Assembly: GCF_009914755.1 (NCBI RefSeq)
Contig: NC_060933.1
DNA from: the human T2T-CHM13v2.0 reference genome, Homo sapiens
DNA length: 64,000 bases
Strand: one strand, 5' to 3'
Part shown: positions 26,296-42,482 of the stretch, in pieces
Position numbering within the stretch: position 1 is the stretch's first letter
Layout: each line of letters starts with the position of its first letter
Translations under genes and position numbers: made by a program
Notes under the pieces: model-generated
What the model saw: only the letters and a program-made list of their open reading frames with translations
What the model was told of the DNA's origin: nothing
The model's database searches: none

Positions 26296-28697
26296 GACTG
26301 GGCATGGTGGCTCATGCCTGTATTCCCAGCACTTTGGGAGGCCAAGTCAGGAGGATCACTTGAGCCCAGGAGTTTGAAATCAGCCGGGGCAATAAAGTGA
26401 GACCCCATGATATGGTTTGGCTGTGTCTCCAACCAAATCTCATCTTGAATTGTAGTTCTCATAATCCTCACATATCATGATGGGGACCCAGGGAGAGGTA
26501 ATTGAATCATGGAGGCAGTTACCCCCATGCTCTTCTCATGATAGTGAGTGAGTTCTCACAAGATCTGATGGTTTTATAAGGAGCTTTTCCCCCTTTGCTT
26601 GCGCTTCTCCTTCCTGCCACCTCGTGAAGAAGGTGACTTGCTTCCCCTTCACATTCTACCATGCTTGAAAGTTTCCTGAGGCCTCCCCAGCTATGATGAA
26701 CTGTGAGTCAATTAAACCTCTTTCCTTTATAAATTACCCAAGCTTGGTTATGTCTTTATTAGCAGCATGAGAATGGACTGATACAGTAAATTGGTACTGA
26801 GGTAGTGGGGCGTTGCTATAAGGATATCTAAAAATGTGGAAGTGAATTTGGAACTGGGTAACAGGCAGAGGTTGAACAGTTTGCAGGGTTCGGAAGAAGA
26901 CAGAAAAATGTGAGGAAGTTTGGAACTTCCTAGAGACTTGCAGAATGGTTTTGAGGAAAATGCTGATAGTGACATGGACAATGAAGTCCAGGCTGAGGTG
27001 GTCTCATATGGAGATGAAGAACTCGTTGGGAACTGGAGTAAAGGTGACTCTTGCTATGCAAAGAGACTGACGGCATTTTGCCCCTGCCCTAGAAATCTGT
27101 GGAACTTTAAACTTGAGAGACATAGTTTAGGGTATCTGGCAGAAGAAATTCCTAAGTAGCAAAGTGTTCAAGAGGAAGCAAAGCATAAAAGTTTTAAAAA
27201 TTTTGCAGCTTGATGATGAGATAGAAAAGGAAAACCCATTTTCTGGAGAGAAATTCAAGCCAGCTGCAGAAATTTGCATAAGTAAAGAGGAGCTGAATAT
27301 TAATCACCAAGACAATGGGAAAATGTCTTCAGGGCATGTCAGAGACCTTCAAGGCAACTCAAACCATCACAGGCCAGGAGGCCTAGGAGGAAAAAAATGG
27401 TTTCATGGGCCCAGTGCAGGGACTTGCTGCTCTGTGCAGTCTCAGGACTTGGTTCCCTGTGTCCCAATCATGGCTAAAGGGCCAATGTACAGCTCAGGCC
27501 ATGGCTTCAGAGGGTAAAGGCCCCAAGCCTTGGCAGCTTACATGAGGCGTCGGGCCTGCGGGTGCACAGAAGTCAAGAATTGAGGTTTGGGAATCTACGC
27601 CTAAATTTCAGAGGATGCATGGAAACGCGTGGGTGTTCAGGCACAAATTTGTGACAGGGACGGAGCCCTCATGGGGAACCTCTGCTAGGGCAGTGACTGC
27701 AGAAGGGAAATGCGGGGTCAGAGCCCCCACACAGTCCCCACTGGGGCACTGCCTAATGGAGCTGAGAGAAGAGGGCCACCATCCTCCAGACTCCAGAATG
27801 GTGGACACACTGACAGCTTGCACCGTATTGCCTGGAAAAGCCACAGACACTCAGCACCAGCCTGTGAAAGCAGCCAGGAGGAGGGCTGTACCCTGCAAAT
27901 CAACAGGGGTGGAGCTGCCCAAGGCCATGAGAGCCCACCTCTTGCTTCAGTGTGACCTGGATGTGAGACACGAAGTCAAAGGAAATCATTACAGAGCTTC
28001 AAGATTTGACTGACCCATTGAATTTTGGACTTGCATGGGGCCTGCAATCCCTTCATTTTGGCCAATTTCTCCCATTTGGAACAGGTGTATTTACCCAATG
28101 CCTATATCTTCATTGAATCTATGAAGTAACTAACTTGATTTTGATTTTACAGGCTCATAGGAAGAAGGGCCTTGCCTTGTCTAAGATAAGACTTTGGACT
28201 TGGACATTTGGGTTAACGCTGGAATGAGCTAAGACTTTGGGGGACTGTTAGAAAGGCATGATCATGTTTTAAAATGTAAGGACATGAGATTTGGAAGGGG
28301 CTGGGGGCAGAATGATATGGTTTGGCTGTGTCCCCACCCAAATCTCACCTTGAATTGTAGTTTCCATAATCCCTACATGTTGTGGGAGTAACCCAGTTGG
28401 AGGTAATTGAATCATGGGGGTGGTTACCCCATGCTGGTCTCATGACAGTGAGTGATACCTGAAGGTTTTATAAGGGGCTTTTCCCCTTTCGCTCAGCACC
28501 TCCTGCTGCCTTGTGAAGAAGGTGCCTTGATTCTTGTTTGCATTCACCATGATTCTAAGTTTTCTGAAGCCTTCCCAGCCATGCTGAACTGTGAGTCAAT
28601 TAAACCTCTTTCTTTTATAAATTACCCAGGCTCGTGTATGTCTTTATTGGGAGCATGAGAATTAACCAATTCACTCTGTCTCTATTAAAAAAAAAAG
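26296..28697 (+). mobile_element. FLAM/Alu left monomer split by THE1C (26296-26407 and 28674-28697)
   Basis: Monomer stops at 'gtgagacccca', resumes 'ctctgtctctattaaaaaaaaaa'; flanking repeat aagaatttagactttagga (~26279) / aagaatttagaccttagga (~28695). Confidence 0.85.
26408..28673 (+). mobile_element. Full-length THE1C-type MaLR provirus (LTR 26408-26785, internal 26786-28312, LTR 28313-28673)
   Basis: Two LTRs starting tgatatggtttggctgtgtc; internal ORF remnant 'DSDMDNEVQAEVVSYGDEELVGNWSKGDSCY'; purine tract 'ggaaggggctgggggcagaa'; flanks cccca/ctctg compatible with a decayed CCCCG TSD. Confidence 0.92.
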
Positions 28698-29294
28698 AAT
28701 TTAGACCTTAGGAATTTTGATCTTTCAGGATTTCAACATTCAGGGTTATGGTGTTTGTCACTGGGTCTTCTGGGATTATGATCCTCACCTAGATTAACAG
28801 CCTCACAGCTCTCTTCAAACTATGACCCTATTCTCCCACTACCTCCTGAGTTCAGCCTCTTTCTTCAACTTGGCTAAGCCTGCCTTTCTTTTCCTATCTG
28901 TCTGCTTTCTTCCCTCTGATTGATCCAAAGTAAAATTTGACTTTTTTTTCATTCCAACAACTCCATCTTCTATCACATATCTCCTTTCATGAAGTTGGCC
29001 CTGATAATGTTTCTGTTAACAACAGTATAATATAGACAATATTGCATATAGTTAAAGTACGTATTTTATTTATTTGGTGGCAGCATTCTAATAAGAAATT
29101 AAAACTATTTCTTTTAAAATCATAATTTAATCACCAGGCAGAGCAAGTAAAGAGAAATAAGTTCCAGAATCTCACATCTGTCAAAAGTAAATGCTGATTT
29201 TTATTGAGGACTTCCTTATTTCTGCCACCAGTTGACTCTCATACAGCTTGTTCCCAATAGAATCTAGTGTGGAATTGGCAAATGGGGTGTCATA

Positions 29295-29450
29295 CATGCA
29301 GCACTCTACTGGAGCTGATAATTAAGTACCCAGAAATTTTGTGAAGTGTTTGTCAAACCATCAGTAGAAATATTTACACAATGGAAATTAGCAAATGCTA
29401 CAAATCTGGGCTTCTCCCCACCCAACCAATAGGTTTACTAGCATACAACT
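29295..29450. mobile_element. hAT (MER63-like) fragment
   Basis: 'aatatttacacaatggaaattagcaaatgctacaaatctgggct...ggtttactagcatacaact'. Confidence 0.5.
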
Positions 29451-29499
29451 TTTATTCATCCTGTAAACGTTCAGAATTTCTATAAATATTCATAGACTC

Positions 29500-30420
29500 T
29501 CCTATACTCAGTGTCTCAGAATAACTCAAAGTTCTAACAATAGCCAGTGAGGCTGAGTGTGAGTTGACCCACCCCAGTCCCTCTCTCTGACCTGTCTCCT
29601 GTTAGCCTTCTGACTCCCAGTATTCTCTACTTCATGCACATGGGCTACGCACCCTGCTGTTTGCCTGCCTTTTCTTCTTCGAGTGCTCTTCCCCAGATAT
29701 CTGCATAGCTGGTGCCCTCACCTCCTTGGAATCTTTGTTCAAATGTTATCTTCTCTGTGAGACCTTCTATATAAGTTTTCTATGATTGCTGGAATAAATT
29801 AGCACACCTCTAGTAGCCTAAGAGAACACACACTCTCTCTAGGGGAGAGAGAACACTTTCTTACCTTCTCCAGCTTTGAAAGGATGCCTGCATCCCTTGG
29901 CCCCTGGCCCCCTTCCAGGCAGCAACCACATCATTCTGACCCTAGCTGTCATGCGTCTTGCCTCAGACTCTCCTGCCTCCCTCTTTTGCTTTTAAGTACT
30001 CTTGTGATGACATTGGGCCAACCTGGGTAATCCAGAATAATCTCCTCATCTCATGATCCATAACCTCATCACATCCACAGGTCCTTTTTGCCATATAGGG
30101 ATATGGACATGTAGAAAGGCCATTCTTCTGCCTATTACTCCCTCCTTGAGCATTCTAACTACCTTCACATCTACCCGCTCCCAGCATTCCTGAGCTCCCT
30201 TCCACACTTAATTTTTCTCTGTGCCACTTATTACCTTCTGGCATATTATATATTTTCCATAGTTATTTTATTAATGATCTGTCTTTTCTCACTGGAATAT
30301 AATTTGCATGAGGGTAAACATTTTTGTTTTAAATCATTGCCATATTTTCGTTATGTTGAACAGTGCCTTGCTCTTAGTAAAGATTCAAGAAATATATAAG
30401 TTTTGGCTGAATAAATTAGG
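29500..30420. mobile_element. L2 remnants with MLT1 insertion (~29770-30140)
   Basis: L2 'tgctcttccccagatatctgcatagct...ttcaaatgttatcttctctgtgagacctt'; MLT1 'gacattgggccaacctgggtaatccagaataatctcc'. Confidence 0.6.
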
Positions 30421-30617
30421 TTGAGAAGTTTGGGGGAAAATCCTGGCATGATACAGAAGATGGTTCCCAGTGATGGGAAAGGGCCATGTGGTGGGGCCTC
30501 TACAGGAAGCTGGGATGCTCCAGAGGTCCCCCAGGGCAGAGCTGCTTTGCTCACGTTGAACTCTTTGCCCAAGCTCTGATTTCTAATGTTTTCTTTCATA
30601 TTTGTTTTTGCTCTGCC

Positions 30618-30757
30618 TTTTTTTAATTAATTTTTTATAGAGATGAGGTTTTACTATATTTCTCAGGCTGGTATCAAACTCATGAGCTCAAGCAATCTTC
30701 CCACCTTGGCCTCCCAAAGTGTTATTACTGCAGGTGCAAGCCACCACACCCGGCCTG
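30618..30757 (-). mobile_element. FLAM/AluJ left monomer
   Basis: 'ctcaagcaatcttcccaccttggcctcccaaagt...gccaccacacccggcc'. Confidence 0.8.
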
Positions 30758-32493
30758 CTTTTGCTCTTTCTTTGAAATATACTCAAAATGCTTATATTGG
30801 TTTCTAACTATAGATCATGAACTCCTGAAGCAAAGTAACCACTTTGTTCTTCATTATTTCTTTCACTCTTCTACTCTGCGCGGTGCCAGATATTGGATAT
30901 GTAGGTGCCTAACCTTTGCTTTTCTGATTTCTTACATTTTATTTCATAAAAATCAGCCTAACCACGTTGTAGAGAGGGATGATTTCCTTCCTTTGTTTTG
31001 AAAATTTGTGCATGCCCAATGCTTACATTGTGCGGTTTAATGTTGCTTCAGTTTTTTTTTTTGTTTGTTTGTTTGTTTCTATTTTTGCCAGACTTCCGAA
31101 ACTCTTAAAACTTGTTTGTGGTCAGCATAGCAAGGAACATGCTTTAGCTTTGAACAACTCTTTAACATGAAAAAATGCACTGACATTGTTTTTAATGTAA
31201 CATAGGCTAGAATTTTTCTATGTTTGCACATGCTGAGAATTGTCCCACCCGGCTGATGTGTTCACCTCTTCAGCTTGGATCCTGTTGCGTATTTATTTAC
31301 AAACATCAATTGCCTTCAAGCCATCATTTCTGCTGTATGTTTTGCAGCCTTCTATAGTAGATACACAACAGATAATGTGAAGAGAAAAGACATAAGAGGA
31401 GGAAGGTAATGAGAGACTTTGTCAAGGTTGTAAACTTCTTGGTTTCTTTGAAGAATTTGTTGCCTTTCTAATAAGACAGTAAAGCAGAATTTTGTTACTG
31501 ACAGCCTAAAACCACTTAATCTCAGGTGAATGCATCACTTGCCAAGCTGTTGGAATGCTATTTGTGTTTTGTTGCACGATTTTTTGGTTGTTTATTTGGT
31601 TGGCTTTTTGGAAGACAAATTTGGAAAGGGGACCTACACAGAAGTGCTGACCCACCCACATTCCCTTATTATCATTACAGACAAGAAGGAATTAGCAGAG
31701 CTAAGAATGGAGTGAAGAAAGGCAGTGTGATAAGCACCAGCAAAGAGTTGAGAGCTGTTGCTCTCTAAATTATTATTTGATTATTTTAAAAGTATGGAAG
31801 TTTTCTAGTCACTGAAGAAAGGAGGGGAAAGTGCACTTATTTTTATATGGGAGTTACTTAACTACCACCTAAACACATATGTGGAAATTGTTTTTGCTGG
31901 TGCAAAGTATTTTAATTAGCAAGAATTCATATATTGAGATTATAATTAGAGAGCTCAATTTATATATTTGCTATCCTGCTCAAGCCTGACATGGCAAAAA
32001 ATAAAAAGAAAAAGAAAACCAAGTTCACTCCAAAATATATAGCTTCAAAATAAAAAACACTGGAAAGTTTGCTGTGATAACTATTTTGTACTTTTGTACA
32101 AAAAACCTAAAGAACAAATTACCTGAAGAACAATTTGCTAAACATGAGAAATTGCTCCCTTTGAGTATATACAGATAAGATAGGAAGAGTGTTCAGACCA
32201 GAATATTATAGTTTATATTGAAGATAATATTCAGTTGACTCATAACTAGTAACCACCATTCATGATAACATTTCAGCATTTCCAAGGTGCCAAGTGTACT
32301 GATTTTTAAAAATATATTTTAGAAGGAATTTAGAACTGGTGTTTTTAATGAAAACCAGCATCTCTGATGTTGCAACATGTATGTGAAATGGGTGTTACAT
32401 CTATCCTGCCCTTTAACTCCACTGTTAACAAAGTGGCTGAAAATAACAGTAAGAAAAAATCAGTCTAAGGGAGAAAGCCACTAATGCTCTCAA

Positions 32494-32494
32494 T

Positions 32495-32527
<33 letters not shown>

Positions 32528-32545
32528 GTGTGTGTGTGTGTGTGT
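32494..32545. repeat. (TC)n(TG)n compound microsatellite
   Basis: Direct reading. Confidence 0.95.
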
Positions 32546-34472
32546 TAAGGGGGATGTCGGGAGGTGGTCTTAACTCTTGAAAGAAAACTTCTTTGTATAG
32601 GAAGCATATTTTGGTTTAGGTACAATGATAAGAAAGTTTAATTTTATAATTCATAAGACCAGATACCTTCAGAAATGATTTTTCCTGTGGGATTTCTATG
32701 ACTGGTATTCTGACTAGTGTGAAATGACAGCTTTGGATGTCTATATCTACACCCATCAAAACCTCAGAGCTTCATGCACTGCTATAACTTTTCTGTTAAC
32801 TCTGGGTAAATTCGGAGGTTGGTACAAGGAATAATTTTAACTTCAGATTTTACAGCTTGTTTATGTTAAGGGCAGAAAGATCTACTTTTCAATGATCTGT
32901 ATTTTAAGATATTGACTTTTCCTGGTGCTATTTTATGATTATGGAGAAAATAGAATTCTTATTAGAAATCTCAACTCCGAATTAAGAATAGATGTTTTGA
33001 TACTTGTCCTGCTGTGGCCTGAGACTTGGAATCATGAATTAAAAGAGACCTTGCTGTTTATCTACAGATTAGAACACACAAATAAACATCAGTGTAACAT
33101 CCTCATTAGCATTCTGGTAGTTACATGTACTTATTCCAGAGCAAAATTAATATATGATAAGAAGTGGAATATTTTCTGTTGTTATCTAGGATATTAAGAC
33201 AACAACCTTCCTTAGAAAAGAAACAGCGTATTATGAGGACAGTGGATGCTACAACGTTATTTGCCTTCAAGGCATTGCAAACAACTGGAATCAATTGAAT
33301 AACCTTCTCAAGCACAAGCCAACAGTGAAATGAGAGTCATTTATCTGAAACAGCAGGCAAGAGCTTCATTGGTACACTCGGAAGGTGGCTCACTAACCCT
33401 GCCGAAGTTTTGCTTCATCTGATCAGGGCATAAATGTTTCATTGGCCCAATAACCAAGGTCTTAGAGTTTCACAGTGTTTTCTCTCCAATAGCTAATACA
33501 GGGAGCATTGCTGATATCCTGCCCCTGGTTGCCAAGGCTGAAATCAAACGTGCTTTGAATAATACTATAAAAACTTTGAAATCAATCTTTGCTGTAGGAA
33601 CCAATGTTCAACTGTGGGCTCTATACAAAGCCGCTTAAGGTGGGAGGGAGCAAACTTTTCTAGTTGGTTTTAGGTAACAGAAACAGATGTCTTTATTGGA
33701 TTTGTCTGGAAAAAAAAGTAAGGAAAATCCCAACATTATCTGTTCTGGTCAAGAATTATAAGGCTCAGTCCCATTTTATTTCTGTCCTCCTTTGGATCCT
33801 TTTTTCTTATTCTTGACTCTATACATGGAGAAAAAGTTCAAGTGCATCTAAAGCAGTAATGCTGGGAACTTGCCAACTTATTCCCATGATGCTACTGTTG
33901 GTTATAAAGCATTTTGAGGATTCTTGTATTCAGAGATAGTGATAAGCCACAAGAGGAAGTCAGTCTTGCTGGTGTACAGCTGCATTTTGGGCCCATGTAT
34001 AGAAGAGCTAACATGGATTTCAGAGTCTTCCAGGTGTTTGAAATCCAGGGTCTGCTCTCAGGACCTGTGAGGTCTTAGATAAGTTGCTCAATCTCTTTGA
34101 GCCTCAGTTTTCTGAGTACAGTGGCACATAACTCACAGGACTGCGGTGTGGATGAATTGCAATGATGTGTATGAACCCAGCTCAGGGTCTTCTTTCCTTC
34201 TTTCTTCCCTGCCTCTGAATTTACACCAAGCTGTACTTCTGAGGTCTGACTCCTGAGAGGCTAGACATACAGTGAAGCTTGATGCTTGCTAGAAACTGAG
34301 GGGCTAGACTTGAGTGTTAGGGAACCTGGGAATGACATCTGTCATTCATCCGGGAAGGCCGAGGAGGAAAGCGAGGCAGGGCAGCAGAGCAGGAGGTGGT
34401 GCCCATAGAGGCCACTTTTGGACTGGAGCCTGCTCAAGGCACTTTAGTGCTGAGTCATTTGGGGCCCAAGGT

Positions 34473-34643
34473 AGGGGCAGATAGAAGAGAAGGACGGCAG
34501 TTATCGCCTAGTCACAGGGGCAGATAGAAGAGAAGGATGGCAGTTATCGCCTAGTCACAGGGGCAGATAGAAGAGAAGGACGGCAGTTATCGCCTAGTCA
34601 CAGGGGCAGATAGAAGAGAAGGACGGCAGTTATTGCCTAGTCA
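34473..34643. repeat. 43-bp minisatellite, ~4 near-identical units
   Basis: aggggcagatagaagagaaggacggcagttatcgcctagtcac starting at 34473, 34516, 34559, 34602. Confidence 0.97.
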
Positions 34644-36360
34644 GGAATTTAACAATCTCTATTTCCTTTCAAACCTCGTTTCATCCCTTCCATCCCAGTC
34701 AAATTCACAGGCAATTAGACTTCCTCCTGCATCTCAGAGCAGGCCTCTGCATCATCATTTCTCCTCTGCAAGTGTATCTTCTTCGGGCACGTCGGAAGGT
34801 CTTAGTGAACCTGCGGTATTTAGGGACTGGATCCTCTTTCCTCTTTATTGTCAAAGTTGTGGCTTGCCGAGGTCAGGACAGAGTATGATTATGACATGTT
34901 AGCAATCGTCACCTCTCATTTTTAAGTAAATATACTTTTATGCAGTTTGAGCTTTCATTCATGTCATTTATTAATTTGTTCTTTCGTTAACGCATTCATT
35001 TGTGGAGCATTTGGCCTATAAAAGCGAAGAAACACTTCCTTAGCATTAAGGAAGGAGAGAAAACAAAATGCACAGAGGCACATGCTTTGTTTTGTATAAC
35101 TTTGAAAGTTTCTAAAATAAAATAATGTCTAACTTGGAAAACCAAAACCTATCACTGAGATATTTTCATAATCTAAAAAGTCAGTTTCAAAAGAACTTCC
35201 AAAATGTTTTAAAAAATGATTATCCTTAAGAATAATGATGTAGCATTCCAAGGTTTTAGTGTTCAATCAGCATTTATTACCACCTGCTGGGTGCCTGAGG
35301 CAGGACATTTGTAATGAGAGCCACAAACATGAATTGAAAATCCGCTGCCCATAGGTTCACAGTTCCTGTCAAAGCATAGACCCCCCTGTAGATACAGCCC
35401 CCTGTCTAAGATGCCCTGTGTTCTGGGCGAGAGGATACACTAGGTCTGCAGGTATAGCTGGTGGGCAGAACAGGAAAGGTGTCACTGAGGAGGTGCTATG
35501 TGAGTTAGTTGTGAAAAATGAGTACGGGTTTATGAGGCAGAAATGAGAGGCACTTTGTTGAAGTTACAACTCCTACCAGGCACTCGTTTGAATTTTCTGT
35601 TTCATTTGCTCTTTGGAGGTTGCTTGTTGGTACACTTACATCTTCTATGCCAGTCTTAAAAGAGAGGAGTGAGTGTGTGTGTGTCTGTGTTTAGTATTTT
35701 TTGCAGAGTTTCTTTGTGTTTCCAAGCTTACATTAGAGCTGAAGCTTGTCAGAGTTCTCATAACAAATGCGTGATTGAACTAAATTCCAACCTGCCGCCT
35801 CTGGCGTTGGAGACTTACAGCACCTCAGTGCATTCATGGGGTGTGCTCTACCCTCTACCTTCGTGATTTATTTAAAGACCAACTATAATGAATAACAATT
35901 CTTAGGCTTAAACCTATAGCAGGCGTAGGAAATAGTTCAAACCTTCTGACATACATGAACAAATGCAATCTTCAAAAACTACTGTTTTTGAATCTGCATG
36001 AATGTACTGAACTCGTTGCTACCTTCATTTAAATGTGATGTATCAAAAGTGCTTTGTAAACTGTTAAATTCCAATGTTGACATTGTTATAGACACACTTT
36101 ATTAAATACTGGATGATGATTTTATAAAGTACAGGGTTTTTAGCTGTGAAATTATTCTAAAATATGTAGACAAAATTTTGAATAATCTTCCCATTTTGAA
36201 CACAATGATTGGTTTTAAAATTCCCTTGATTTATATGTTTGTATACTGTGGATTCTCAATTGAGTGAATTAGTGTCTTTGCAATATAGTAAGATTTTGGT
36301 ACAGTTTTTTTTTTTTTTAACTCATCCACTTTATTTTATTTATTTTTTTTCACTTTCTCT

Positions 36361-37566
<1,206 letters not shown>

Positions 37567-39612
37567 TTAGTCTATCAAGGAAAAGACTAGATTAGTAGGA
37601 TCTCATTTGTTTCATAGCCCATTATTTGAAGGATGATTTAAGATGATAGGAAATACTGACTCACCTTTTCTAAAAAGACAACTGCTTTTCTTATTCTTTT
37701 AAGTTCAAATTTGTCTTGTCTCCTTTTGATTAATTAAAACAAGTTATCAAAAGCCTTAACAGAAAATATTATTTATTGAATCAGAAGAGAAACAGGAAAT
37801 ATTGTGCTTTCTTGGGCCTGTTTCCTATACCCCAATATCATAAGAATTGTTGTTGCTTCTATAATGTTCAGCTTCAAATTCTTTTGCTTAATCAATCCAA
37901 ATGAATTACCTGAATTTTCTCCTCTTGTTCAAAATGGAACCACATTCATCCACCTACCCCCAGCCATAGGACTGTTTCTTTTATTCCGATAGTTTGTGAT
38001 ATCCTTGACTTCACAGCAGAAAGCTGTGAATCTCCCAAACCCCTTCACTCAGGTCCCATGGGGACTGCCCTCTAAAGTCTCTTCAGTCTTCTTTGTTTGA
38101 ATGTTCATGGCTACCTTGTCGTTTAGACTCTTATCCCTGACTGTATGAGATCCCTCAGGTCTTCCTGCCTGTGGCCATGCCTAATTTATACCCTTCCTAA
38201 AATGTGATGTGATCATGTCACTGCCTTGCTTAGAAGCCCTGCACTGGCGTCCAACACGTGTAGAATCAAGTGCTTGCTGTTTAACATGGTCTACCCAGTC
38301 CTCCAGATACTGGCTTCCAGTTATTTCTCAGCCTCAAAAAAGCACCTAACTCTCCAAACATATCAAATAGCTTGTGCCCTCCTGCCTCCCGTTCACACCT
38401 CCATTCCTTCCCCTCTACCTGGATGCTCCCCCCTTCATCCGCCACCCCGCTGTAAGCTCCCATGGATTGACTGGTGCTTGAGTGTTTTATTGCACTTTGG
38501 ACCTCCCGTCTCTCACTCCTGGCTTCTGTCTGTCTACCTGTCTTGACCGGCCACTTGCACTGCGTCTGGCTTATCTGCCTCATTCTGGTTGACAGTTTTA
38601 TTTGTTAGCTTCATATCTACTAGTTTTCTCAATTATTTATCAGCCTCTCCACACCAGGCTCCTTGCCCCATATTTATAAGCTGCTATTGGCTTGAGGGTG
38701 ACTGTGCCTTTCTAATAAAACTATTTTATAGACTGATAGTTACAAGGGTATAGTAGAACAGAAATTAATCTACCTTTGAGTGTATTTCAACATATCTAGT
38801 GATCCATGAATATTTCTTCTTATTATTATCATTATTGTTATTTTTAAATAGACGATCAGGAAGGCAGAGGCTAGGTCACCAATGTGAACTTAGGCTTTCA
38901 TCTTTATGACGATATTTGGGATCACTGCAAGTATTCTGAATTTTAAATGGCATTCAGTGATTTGATAAAATAGGAATTTTGTTACTCTGAACTGGGTAGT
39001 GTTTCAGCAACTGGCTACTGTGTCATTATTTCTATAAATTCAAAATGTAGAAGGAACATTTACCTTTTAACAAGGGAGTATCCCAGGTCTCAGTTCTCAA
39101 CCGTTTTTCTAGGTGCACTCATGCCTCTGTGATCTCATGAAGCCCAATGGCATTAAATTCTATGTATATGTGCATGGTCCATGAACACATATTTCCAGCT
39201 CCTACCTCTCCTCTAAAATTTAGACTCATATCTAATTATCTACCAATTATCACCAATTGGAAGACTAATAGACAACTCAACTATCACACATCCATAAGGG
39301 AAATCTTGATCCTCCACCTTCAACCCCTGGGCCCAACACTCCTCGGTCATCTCCATCTCAGTAAATAGCACCTCCAGCGTACCAGACGTTAGGCCAGAAA
39401 ACTTGCCTTGACCCCTCTTTGTTTCTTGCACCTCATATCAGCATACACTGTTGAACTGTATTAAGAATCTGAGCTTCCCTTGTCACACCCATTGTGTACA
39501 ACCTGCTTCACTTTACGTCATTGTTTTCATAGATTACCAAAATAGCCTCCTAACTCCTCTCCTACTTTCTCTTTCTCCCTGTACTTTGTTCTTCACTGAG
39601 CACCCAGAGTAA

Positions 39613-39858
<246 letters not shown>

Positions 39859-40104
39859 TAAGTCTTTTTAAAGCATAAGGAAAATAATGTTTTCATCTGC
39901 TTAAAATCTTCCATGGCTAGGAATGTCTTAAACCATCTTGTCCCCTGACACTTCTCTGATGTCTAGTCCAATCAGTCTCCCCTGTATTACTGCAATCTTC
40001 AAAGACACCAGGCAGATGTGCTTCTGCATCAGGGCCTTTGCATGTGTGGTCCCCTTTGCCTGGAATGCTTTCTCATTAGGAAACAGGATGGCTTACTTCC
40101 TCTC

Positions 40105-42474
<2,370 letters not shown>

Positions 42475-42482
42475 TTTGTCCC

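Noticed and set aside
26920-28013. Cluster of ORFs resembling a gene
   Set aside because: Fragmented THE1-internal ORF remnants
37907-37955. Possible minus-strand micro-exon (ag|gtggatgaatg...aattcag|gtaatt)
   Set aside because: Weak acceptor, no partner exons, no recognisable protein
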